Origin: Candidatus Eiseniibacteriota bacterium
GTDB taxonomy: Bacteria; Eisenbacteria; RBG-16-71-46; CAVPCR01
NCBI GenBank assembly: GCA_963823555.1
Contig: CAWGMA010000003.1
Coordinates: 149,970 to 213,969, forward strand
Reading direction: 5' to 3'
DNA: 64,000 nucleotides
The notes under the pieces: model-generated
Databases searched by the model: none
What the model was told of the DNA's origin: nothing
What the model saw: only the letters and a program-made list of their open reading frames with translations
Program-made: the position numbers and the translations under genes
Shown here: one piece after another, positions 47,760 through 56,020 of the stretch
Numbering within the stretch: the first letter of the stretch is position 1
Layout: every line of letters begins with the position of its first letter

Positions 47760-50498
47760 ATGAAGAGCACGCTCCGATCCGGATCCACGGTTTCTCACTA
47801 CCGCCTCCTCTCCCTGGTCGGCGCCGGCGGCATGGGCGAGGTCTACAAGGCCGAGGACACGACCCTCGGGCGCACGATCGCCTTGAAGATCCTGCCTCCC
47901 GAGCTCGTCCAGAACAGCGAGCGGCTGCACCGGTTCGTGCAGGAGGCCAGGTCGGCGTCGTCGCTCAGCCATCCCAACATCGTCACCGTGCACGAGATCG
48001 GCGAGGCCCGGGTGCGTCCGAACGGGGAGCCGGATGAGGGGGAGCGGGAGGAATCCTCGGTCCACTACATCGCGATGGAGTTCGTCGAGGGGGACACGCT
48101 GCGGGCGAAGATCCACGACGAGAAGACCGAGCTCCGCGTTCTCCTCGTCTATCTCGCCCAGGCCGCCGAGGGCCTGGCCAAGGCGCATGCTGCGGGCATC
48201 GTCCATCGCGACCTCAAGCCCGACAACATCATGATCACCCGCGACGGCTATGCCAAGGTCCTCGATTTCGGGCTCGCCAAGCTGACCGAGTCCCAGCCTT
48301 CCTCGTCCACCGGGCAGACCACCGATGCCACGACCGCGGCCGGATCGCCGACCCGCGCCGGCGCTGTCCTCGGCACGGTCGGCTACATGTCCCCCGAACA
48401 GGTGCAGGGGAAGAGCGTCGACGCGCGTTCCGACATCTTCTCCTTCGGCTGCATCCTCTACGAAGCCGCGGCCGGCCAGCGTCCCTTCCAGGGCGATACC
48501 GACATCGAGGTCATGCACAAGATCCTCCGCGAGAAGCCCGTGCCCGTGGATCAGCTGAATCCGGACGTGCCGGGGGAGCTCCGCCGCCTCATCCGCCGTT
48601 GCCTGGCCAAGGATCCCGAGCAGCGATACCAGTCGATGAAGGATCTGGCGATCGAGCTCAACGACCTCGCCCAGGAGTACGACCAGCTCTCGCCGGGCTC
48701 ATCCTCCGGGAGCTCGGTGGGTGAGCTGGCGCCGGTGCGCGGCCGCGGCCCGCGGTCGTGGGTTCGCATGGGCGCTCTGGCCCTTATGCTCGTGGCCGCG
48801 GTCCTCGGCGGGGCCTATCTCCTCGGGCGGCGCGCGGGCGCTCCGGGTGAGCCCGTGCCGTTCGAGTCGATGCGCATCACGAGCCTCACCGGGAGCGGCA
48901 AGGTGCGTGATGCCGCCATCTCCCCCGATGGCAAGGTGGTCGTGCAGGCGGTCGAGGAGGCGGGCAAACAGAGTCTCCGGGTGCGCCAGGTGGCGACCGG
49001 GAGCGATGTCGAGATCGTGGCGGCGGGTACTCCATTCGGCGGCATCGCCCTCACCCCGGACGGCAACTACGTCTACTACACCCGCAGCGAGCGCGATGTA
49101 CGCCTGTACTCGTTGCTCTATCAGGTGCCGGTCCTGGGGGGCACGCCGCGAAAGCTCATCTTCGATGTCGATACGCCGGTGACGTTCTCGCCTGATGGCA
49201 GCCAGATCGCCTTCGCGCGCGGCTATCCCGACGAGAACTCGAGCGCCATCCTCGTGGCCGCCGCGGACGGGACCGGAGAGCGGAAGATCGCCGAGCGCAA
49301 GGATCCTGAGCCCTACGACCTGAGCGTGCTGGCCTGGTCACCGGATGGCAAGACCATCGCCGCGGTCGCCACGAGCATCGAGGGAGGAGAGCATTCAATC
49401 GTGGTCGTGGTCGATGTCGCGTCCGGCGATGATCGTCCCCTCGGTGGCGAGCATTGGGCCAACGTGGGTGGACTGGCCTGGCTCCCGGACGGCACGGGCC
49501 TCATCGTCGTTGCGAGCACCGAGGAGTCGGTCAACAATCGCCAGATCTGGCATATCGGGTATCCCGGGGGCGAGCCGAGGAGGATCACCAACGACCTCAA
49601 CAACTACCACCGGGCGAGCCTGACCGCGGATGCGCGAACCCTCGTCACGGTGCAGACGAGCTTCAGCTCGAACCTGTGGCTGGCCCCGGCGGAGGATGCG
49701 GGACGAGCCCGGAGCCTGGCCCTCGAGCGCAGCGAGTTCGTCGAGCAGGTGCGCTGGGGTCGATCCGGCAAGATCACCTTCCTGGCCAACCGGAACAGCT
49801 CGATCGACCTCTGGATGTGCGATCCCGAGAGCGGCGAGCAGAAGCGCCTGACCACCGAATCCCGGCAGTTCTTCAATCCCCTGCCCGCCGCCGACGGCAG
49901 CTTCATCCTCTGCACCTCCTTCCGCGACGGCGGCGTGCCGCATGTCTACCGGCTCGACCCCGACGGCGGGAACCCGACCGCGATCACCAGGGGTGAGGGC
50001 GAGATCTGCTTCGATCTCTCTCCCGACGACCAGTGGATGCTCTATGTGAATCGCGGAACGGAGAGGACCGTGTGGAAGGCGAGGCTGAACGGCGACGAAC
50101 CGACCGAGATCCTCACCGAACCGCGGGGCATGGCCCGGTTCTCCCCCGACGGGAAGATGATCCTCCACGGATACCTGCGCCCGGAGGGCGATCGCTACGT
50201 GACGGCCGCGGGCATCATCCCGGCTCTGGGCGGCGATCTTCTCCACAGCTACGACGCGCCCGAGGGTGTGGGGGATACGCGCTGGGCGTCCACATCCGAT
50301 GCGATCGCCTACGTGCAGACCCAGGATGGGGTCTCGAACATCTGGCGGCAGCCGCTCGGGGGTGGGCCGCCCGAGCAGGTCACGAACTTCGAGAGCGGTC
50401 GCATCTTCTCCTTCGACTGGTCCCCCGACGGGAAGCAGATCGCCTACTCCCGAGGCGAGGCGATCGGCGATGCGGTGCTCCTGAGCGACCTGCGCTAG
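47760..50498 (+). CDS. Ser/Thr protein kinase with a transmembrane segment and a C-terminal TolB-like beta-propeller (PD40 repeats)
   Basis: Kinase motifs GAGGMGEVYKA, HRDLKPDNIM and DFGLAK are present. A TM segment (VRMGALALMLVAAVLGGAYLL) follows. Repeated ...SPDGK...A... blocks are typical of the TolB/WD40-like propeller. Confidence 0.9.
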   Translation: MKSTLRSGSTVSHYRLLSLVGAGGMGEVYKAEDTTLGRTIALKILPPELVQNSERLHRFVQEARSASSLSHPNIVTVHEIGEARVRPNGEPDEGEREESSVHYIAMEFVEGDTLRAKIHDEKTELRVLLVYLAQAAEGLAKAHAAGIVHRDLKPDNIMITRDGYAKVLDFGLAKLTESQPSSSTGQTTDATTAAGSPTRAGAVLGTVGYMSPEQVQGKSVDARSDIFSFGCILYEAAAGQRPFQGDTDIEVMHKILREKPVPVDQLNPDVPGELRRLIRRCLAKDPEQRYQSMKDLAIELNDLAQEYDQLSPGSSSGSSVGELAPVRGRGPRSWVRMGALALMLVAAVLGGAYLLGRRAGAPGEPVPFESMRITSLTGSGKVRDAAISPDGKVVVQAVEEAGKQSLRVRQVATGSDVEIVAAGTPFGGIALTPDGNYVYYTRSERDVRLYSLLYQVPVLGGTPRKLIFDVDTPVTFSPDGSQIAFARGYPDENSSAILVAAADGTGERKIAERKDPEPYDLSVLAWSPDGKTIAAVATSIEGGEHSIVVVVDVASGDDRPLGGEHWANVGGLAWLPDGTGLIVVASTEESVNNRQIWHIGYPGGEPRRITNDLNNYHRASLTADARTLVTVQTSFSSNLWLAPAEDAGRARSLALERSEFVEQVRWGRSGKITFLANRNSSIDLWMCDPESGEQKRLTTESRQFFNPLPAADGSFILCTSFRDGGVPHVYRLDPDGGNPTAITRGEGEICFDLSPDDQWMLYVNRGTERTVWKARLNGDEPTEILTEPRGMARFSPDGKMILHGYLRPEGDRYVTAAGIIPALGGDLLHSYDAPEGVGDTRWASTSDAIAYVQTQDGVSNIWRQPLGGGPPEQVTNFESGRIFSFDWSPDGKQIAYSRGEAIGDAVLLSDLR

Positions 50499-51589
50499 TC
50501 CCGGTCCGATACGTCGACGGACACCCAGCCTTCCGTCGCCGCCGAGCGGCGGACCGAGTCGAGGACTTCCTGGTTCCGGTGTCCGTCGGTGAATGCTGCA
50601 GCGCCGGGAACCGCGGTCCCTCCGGCGCGGATCGCGGCCACGATCTCGCGTGCATAGCGGAGGAAGGAGCGCGCCCAATCGCTCGAGGGGATGCCCAGGG
50701 CGGCCGAATCGGGGAGATCATCGATGACATCCATGGGTTGCCAGCCCTTGCCCCCAACGCTCAGGAGCAATGGCCCCTGTTCCGCCCAGCACGCGGCGCC
50801 GCGGGAACCGGCGAGCGAGAACTCGTGCCGCCGACTGCCCTCGACGACCGAGATCGTGATCGTCGCCGCCGTGCCCGAGCGGAACCGGATCCACGCGGCG
50901 GCGTAGTCATCCGCGGTCACCGGCCGCGGCTTCCCGCGCGCGGGATCGGGCCGCTCCTTGACGAACGTCTCGAGGCGGCCCCGCACCGATTCGACCTCGC
51001 CGAGATAGACTCGCAGCGTGTCCACTGCGTGCGAGCCGATCGCTCCCCAGGCCCCGCCCCCGGCCGCTGCGTCGCTCCACCAGGACCAGGGCCTTCCGGG
51101 ATCCTGGCGGCCGCTCGAGAGGAGCGTGTAGCTGGCGTGATAGATGGTGCCGAGCGCGCCCTCGGCGACGAGTTCCTCGAGGGCCCGGCGCCGCGGATCG
51201 AAGCGTAGCTCGTGGTCGAGGAGCGCGAGCCGTCCGGGCGCGCTCTCCGCCGCCCCGAGCATCGCGGCGCTCTCCTCCCGGCTCATCGCGGTCGGCTTCT
51301 CGCATACCACATGGCAGCCCGCGGCCAGCGCATCGCGTGTCTGCTCGAGATGGCGGTGAGGGGGAGTGACGATGAAGACGAGATCGGGGCGCGCCCGGTC
51401 CAGGATCTCCCGGTGGTCGGCGGCGGCCGCCTCGATGCCGAACTCACGGGCGGTCTGCCGCGTGCGATCGATGGTCGGGCTCGCGATGCCGGCAAGGGTG
51501 ACGCCCTCGACGTGGCGGAGGCAGGGCAGGATGGTCGTCCGCGCGAAGCCATTGCCGAAGATCGCTATGCGGACGGGATCGGGAGTCAT
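50495..51589 (-). CDS. Gfo/Idh/MocA family oxidoreductase
   Basis: N-terminal Rossmann motif IAIFGNGFARTT plus the ...EKP... motif. 364 aa. Its 3' end overlaps the kinase gene's stop codon by 4 nt. Confidence 0.82.
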   Translation of the reverse strand: MTPDPVRIAIFGNGFARTTILPCLRHVEGVTLAGIASPTIDRTRQTAREFGIEAAAADHREILDRARPDLVFIVTPPHRHLEQTRDALAAGCHVVCEKPTAMSREESAAMLGAAESAPGRLALLDHELRFDPRRRALEELVAEGALGTIYHASYTLLSSGRQDPGRPWSWWSDAAAGGGAWGAIGSHAVDTLRVYLGEVESVRGRLETFVKERPDPARGKPRPVTADDYAAAWIRFRSGTAATITISVVEGSRRHEFSLAGSRGAACWAEQGPLLLSVGGKGWQPMDVIDDLPDSAALGIPSSDWARSFLRYAREIVAAIRAGGTAVPGAAAFTDGHRNQEVLDSVRRSAATEGWVSVDVSDRD

Positions 51590-51608
51590 GGCTTCTCCTC
51601 GTGGGTCT

Positions 51609-53450
51609 TCATACCTCGAGCCCGACGGCGCGCATCAGGGCGAGGGCGTTGCTCTTGGTGACGACTCCCGGCCGCATCTGGTAGTCGAAGGTCATGCGGC
51701 CGTCCTCGAGATGATCCTCGAAGTGCACGTTCGCGGCGCGGGGGGCCAGCACTTCGGCGACGTGGGCGAGCGCGAGATCATGGGTGGTCACGAGTCCGAT
51801 CGCGCCCCGCTCGATGAGGCTTCGCACCACCGCCTCCGCACCGATCTTCCGGTCATGGGAGTTGGTGCCGTGAAGGAGCTCATCGAACAGGAAGAGCAAA
51901 GGCGGCGCTCCACGCCCGAGCTCGACCAGCTGCTTGAGCCGCGTGATCTCCGCATAGAAGCGCGAGACCCCTGCCTTGAGGGAGTCGTGGATACCGATCG
52001 TCGCGCCGACGGCGAGCGGTGACAGGCGAAGCCGATGAGCCCGCACCGGGCCGCCGGCCAGGGCCAGCACCGTGTTCACGCCCGCGGTGCGGAGGAGCGT
52101 GCTCTTCCCCGACATGTTGGAGCCGCTCACCACCAGCACCTGGAGCTCGCGGTCGAGCCGGAGGTCGTTCCGCACGAGGAGGCGCTCCGGAATCAGTGGG
52201 TGCCCGACCCCCTCGGCCTCGAACAGGGGGCCTTCAGCGGCGATCTCGGGGAAGGGATCCGCCGGATGCTCGTAGGCGTGGCTCGCGAGCGAGGACAGGG
52301 CTTCGATCTCCGCCACGGCGTCGATCCAGGCCTGGATCTCCCGCCCGTGCCGCGCGCGCCAGGACTCGATGGCGAAGGCGAGCTGCAGTCGCCAGAGGAG
52401 GAGGAACGCCAGCGGCGCAAAGAAGAGGTTGTGCTGCGAATCGGCCAGCTCGATCAAGCGCGCGAGCCGGGCGATCTGCCTCGAGGCGGGAACCCCCGCG
52501 AATTCGAGTGAGGCCCGCAGCGTCCGCAGTCGCGTCGCCTGCCATGGCTCGCGCTCGATGCGGGCGAGAAGATGAGCGAGGAGCGACAGCTCGGCGGCGG
52601 CGTGCTCGGCGCCCGCGTGCACGAGCTGAACGCGGTCCTTGAAGGACCTCTCGAAGAGCATCCTCGCGAGCACGACGGCGACGAACGGGTATGGACCGAG
52701 GCCGAAGCGGAGCCAGCCCACGAGCGTTGCGATCCCCAGCACGCCGAGGAGGAGAGCGATCGCCCGGGCTCTCGTCGGGTGGAGCATGATCGGCCCCGCC
52801 CCCCAGATCGAGAGCTCGACCGGATTCATGCCGGCCTCGACATCGGGACCGAGAACGGCGAGATCTTCCCGCAGGTCGAGCCGGTCCCTGAGCTCGGCGA
52901 CCGCCCCCTGGCGGTCGCGGAGCACGGCCAGCGTGGCCGGCGCAATGAGCCACGAGGCGAGAGTCTCCATGCCGCGACTGGTGCGAGCCTGACAGAGGAG
53001 CTCGAAGAGAGAGCCGATGCCGAAGACGTCGAGGTCCGCCGCGTACGGGTGATCCTCGGTGCGGAAGCGCTCGCCGGCCTCGCCACGGCCAGCCCAGTCA
53101 TCCGCGAGGCGTTCGAGGCCGCGGTCATAGAACTCGGCCGCGCGCAGCACCTGGGCTCGCGCGGTACGGACCCGCGCGTGCAGGAGGACGAGAATCACGA
53201 AGAGGGCCAGCGGAACGGATAGCCAGAGGATGGAGAAGGCGTGACGCGCGATGGCCAGCCAGGCCAGGAGCACGAGCGCGGCGAAGGCCGCGAGGCGAGC
53301 GTTGGCGATGGCGATGTCGCGCCGGCCGAGACGATCGGCCTCGCTCCGTCGTGCCGCGAGGCGCTGCTCGTAGGTCTCGCGGGGAACGGACGGCGTCCTT
53401 CGCTCATCCGCACCTTCATCCGATGCCAAGGTCATCATCCGGTCCATCAT
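51609..53450 (-). CDS. MutS domain V (ABC-ATPase) protein with N-terminal transmembrane helices and no mismatch-binding domains
   Basis: C-terminal Walker A GSNMSGKSTLLR, plus ...LFLFDELLHGTNSHD...TTHDL (MutS domain V). N-terminal hydrophobic helices (AAFAALVLLAWLAIA..., WLSVPLALFVILVLL). The start is approximate (ATG at 53450, next to a GAGGAG box). Confidence 0.75.
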   Translation of the reverse strand: MMDRMMTLASDEGADERRTPSVPRETYEQRLAARRSEADRLGRRDIAIANARLAAFAALVLLAWLAIARHAFSILWLSVPLALFVILVLLHARVRTARAQVLRAAEFYDRGLERLADDWAGRGEAGERFRTEDHPYAADLDVFGIGSLFELLCQARTSRGMETLASWLIAPATLAVLRDRQGAVAELRDRLDLREDLAVLGPDVEAGMNPVELSIWGAGPIMLHPTRARAIALLLGVLGIATLVGWLRFGLGPYPFVAVVLARMLFERSFKDRVQLVHAGAEHAAAELSLLAHLLARIEREPWQATRLRTLRASLEFAGVPASRQIARLARLIELADSQHNLFFAPLAFLLLWRLQLAFAIESWRARHGREIQAWIDAVAEIEALSSLASHAYEHPADPFPEIAAEGPLFEAEGVGHPLIPERLLVRNDLRLDRELQVLVVSGSNMSGKSTLLRTAGVNTVLALAGGPVRAHRLRLSPLAVGATIGIHDSLKAGVSRFYAEITRLKQLVELGRGAPPLLFLFDELLHGTNSHDRKIGAEAVVRSLIERGAIGLVTTHDLALAHVAEVLAPRAANVHFEDHLEDGRMTFDYQMRPGVVTKSNALALMRAVGLEV

Positions 53451-53773
53451 CTCCTCAGAACGGCTGTGGCCTGCACGGGCTCTACAGGCGACGGATGGTA
53501 GCAGGTGTGGCCAGATTTGCCTTCCTGGTTCTAACCCTATGTCATGCCTGGCGTTGAGGCGCTGTTGCCGCGGCCGGTCCACGCTTCGGCTCAGCGCCCA
53601 GGGCCCGGATTGCGGAGTTCAGTCGCTTCCGCTACATTCCGCTGTCGGCATTCGGTCTCGCGATGTGCTGCCGCGGACGCGAGTTGGCTCTTGTCCGGGG
53701 TTCGACCCGATCGACTGCGCCACGGGAGCGGCGGGTATCCGGCCACATCGACCTCTATTAAGGGAGCAGAACG

Positions 53774-54097
53774 ATGAAGCACAGGTCTTGGCTGATCTTG
53801 GCGATGCTGTTGCTGATCGGATCCGCGTTCCTTGCCTGCGGCACGAAGGAAGCCGAGCAGGCGGGACACGAAGCCGGTCAAGCGATGGAACAGGCGGGTG
53901 AGGCCGTTCAGGAAGGCGCCGAGCAGGCCGGCGAAGCGGTCGGCGAGGCGGTTGAAGGAGCTGGCGAAGCGGTCGGCGAGGCGGCCAAGGACGCCGGCGA
54001 AGCGGTCGGCGAGGCGGCCAAGGACGCCGGCGAAGCGGTCGGTGAGGCGGCCAAGGACGCCGGCGAGAAGACGAAGGAAGCCGTCGGCGGCCATTAG
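53774..54097 (+). CDS. Small lipoprotein composed of tandem 11-aa repeats (GEAAKDAGEAV)
   Basis: AAGGGAG RBS upstream. Lipobox FLAC|GT. The remainder is Ala/Glu/Gly-rich repeats, predicted helical (LEA/apolipoprotein-like). Confidence 0.6.
   Translation: MKHRSWLILAMLLLIGSAFLACGTKEAEQAGHEAGQAMEQAGEAVQEGAEQAGEAVGEAVEGAGEAVGEAAKDAGEAVGEAAKDAGEAVGEAAKDAGEKTKEAVGGH
53915..54075. repeat. 33-bp tandem repeats (gaagcggtcggcgaggcggccaaggacgccggc, 3 near-identical copies plus degenerate flanking copies) inside the lipoprotein gene
   Basis: Direct repeats read from the sequence. One copy has a single c-to-t change (ggtgag). Confidence 0.8.
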
Positions 54098-54217
54098 AAT
54101 CCAGCAGGCCCTCCACCGAGCTCATTCCGGCCCGCGCGTGCGGGCCGGAACGGAGAAGAGAACCCCCGCCAGCGCCATCGACGCCGGCGGGGGTCGTGCT
54201 TTGCCCTCGAGTCGCCG

Positions 54218-56020
54218 CTAGCTCCCGAGAAGCACCTTCTCCTCCGACTCGCGTGCGAACTGATTGGTGTAGAGCCGGTAGTAGGCGCCACGCTGTGTCA
54301 GGAGTTCGGCATGGCGTCCCTGCTCGATGATCCGACCGTCCTCGATGACGAGGATCCGGCTCGCGGAGCGGATGGTGGAGAGCCGATGGGCGATCACGAA
54401 GCTCAGTCTGCCCGTCAGGATCTTCTCGATGCCGTCCTGGATCAGGCGCTCCGTCTCCGTATCCACCGACGATGTCGCCTCATCCAGGATGAAGATCTCG
54501 GGATCAGCAAGCACGGCGCGCGCGAGCGCGACGAGCTGCTTCTGTCCGGTCGACAGCCTGGTTCCACCCTCACCCACGGGCGTGGCGTAGCCCTCCGGCA
54601 GACCGGCGATGAAGCGGTCCGCATTGGCCCATCGCGCCGCGGCGAGCATCTCCTCGTCGGTCGCCTCGAGCCTCCCGTAGCGGATGTTCTCGGCGATGGT
54701 CCCGCTGAAGAGATGCGGTGACTGGAGCACGGTGCCGAGACGCGATTGCAGCCAGGGAAGCGAGTAGTCGCGATAATCGCGCCCGTTGAGCTTGATCGCG
54801 CCCGCGGTCGGCTCGTAGAAGCGGCAGAGAAGCCCCATGATCGTGCTCTTGCCGCTTCCCGTGGCCCCGACCAGGGCGATGGTCTCGCCCGCATGCACCG
54901 CGAGGTTGAAATCGTCGAGCACCGGTTCCCCCGCCTGGTAGGCGAACGACACATGGTCGAACTCGACCGTCGCGATCCGGCCCGGGGGCGGATCCGCGGC
55001 GAGCGCGGCCGGTGTATCCCGGACTTCGGGCACCGTGTCGAGGAGCCCCTGCAGCCGCTCGGCCGAAGCCTGGGCCGCCTGCAGCTGGGTGAAACGCTCC
55101 GCCATTTCCTGGATGGGGATCGTGAACAGGGTCGCGTACTGCATGAAGGCGATGAGAGTTCCCAGGCTCAACTCGCCGCCGACGGCGATCCCACCGCGCC
55201 AGAGCGCGAGTCCCGCCCCCACGCTGCCCAGCGTGATGACGATCGGCAGGTAGACCGCCGCCGTGAGGGCGTTCCGGATCGAGGACTGGTACATCTCGCC
55301 GGAGAGCACCTGGAATTCGGCCAGGCTCTCCGCCTCCCGTCCCAGCGACTTGGTCGTCTGCACTCCGGTGATCGCCTCGTTGAAGCTGGCGGTGATCTGG
55401 GAGTTGATGCGGCGCACCGCCCGCTGGGTGCGCAGGAGCCGCCGCTGGAACCAGAGGCTCACCACCACGAGCGGGGGCACGATGACCATCACCATGAGGG
55501 CCAGCCGCCAGTGGAGAGTGAGCATGAAGACGGTGATGCCGGTGAGCAGCGCCGATCCCCAGACCATGTCGAGCATGGTCCAGGGGATGACCGAGGACAG
55601 GCGACTGGCATCGGAGGTGAGCCGCGCCATCAGCCAGCCCACGGGGCGGCGGTCATAGAACGAGAACGAGAGCTCCTGCAGATGGGCGAAAGCGTCCCGC
55701 CGGAGGTCGTGAGCGAGTGCCGCCGCCGTGCCGCCGGCCGTCACGATGAAGCGCCAGATGAGAAGCGCGATGACGGCCACCAGTCCGAGGTAGTAGATGC
55801 CGTAGCGGGCCAGGGCCTGCCTGTCGGCGGCCGTCGCGCTGTCGATGATCCGGCCGGTCAATAGCGGCAGGACGGCGTCGGCGACAGCGAGCACGACGCC
55901 GCATAGGGCGAGCGTGGCCAGCCGCCGGCGATAGGGACGGGCATGCGCGACGATGCGCCGCCAGAGGGCGACGTCGAGACCCCTGAGCGGCTGCTCGTCT
56001 TGTAGTTCATGTTCCATCAT
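54218..56020 (-). CDS. ABC transporter ATP-binding/permease protein (exporter half-transporter, subunit 2)
   Basis: Six-helix TMD followed by an NBD with Walker A GATGSGKST, signature LSTGQKQLVALARA and Walker B FILDEATSSVD. GGAGGTG RBS upstream. Its ATG overlaps the stop of the upstream ABC gene (ATGA). Confidence 0.9.
   Translation of the reverse strand: MMEHELQDEQPLRGLDVALWRRIVAHARPYRRRLATLALCGVVLAVADAVLPLLTGRIIDSATAADRQALARYGIYYLGLVAVIALLIWRFIVTAGGTAAALAHDLRRDAFAHLQELSFSFYDRRPVGWLMARLTSDASRLSSVIPWTMLDMVWGSALLTGITVFMLTLHWRLALMVMVIVPPLVVVSLWFQRRLLRTQRAVRRINSQITASFNEAITGVQTTKSLGREAESLAEFQVLSGEMYQSSIRNALTAAVYLPIVITLGSVGAGLALWRGGIAVGGELSLGTLIAFMQYATLFTIPIQEMAERFTQLQAAQASAERLQGLLDTVPEVRDTPAALAADPPPGRIATVEFDHVSFAYQAGEPVLDDFNLAVHAGETIALVGATGSGKSTIMGLLCRFYEPTAGAIKLNGRDYRDYSLPWLQSRLGTVLQSPHLFSGTIAENIRYGRLEATDEEMLAAARWANADRFIAGLPEGYATPVGEGGTRLSTGQKQLVALARAVLADPEIFILDEATSSVDTETERLIQDGIEKILTGRLSFVIAHRLSTIRSASRILVIEDGRIIEQGRHAELLTQRGAYYRLYTNQFARESEEKVLLGS

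Noticed and set aside
53690-53745. tRNA-like motif GGTTCGACCC (T-loop-like) upstream of the repeat lipoprotein. It could have been a tRNA or an integrative-element att-site fragment.
   Set aside because: The flanks do not form a T-stem or acceptor stem. No CCA end, anticodon arm or D-arm can be built. No integrase or direct repeat is nearby.
53591-54094. 167-aa minus-strand ORF with PRRP/RRPL repeats
   Set aside because: It is the reverse-complement reading of the 33-bp tandem repeats of the lipoprotein gene. The plus-strand gene has an RBS, signal peptide and lipobox.
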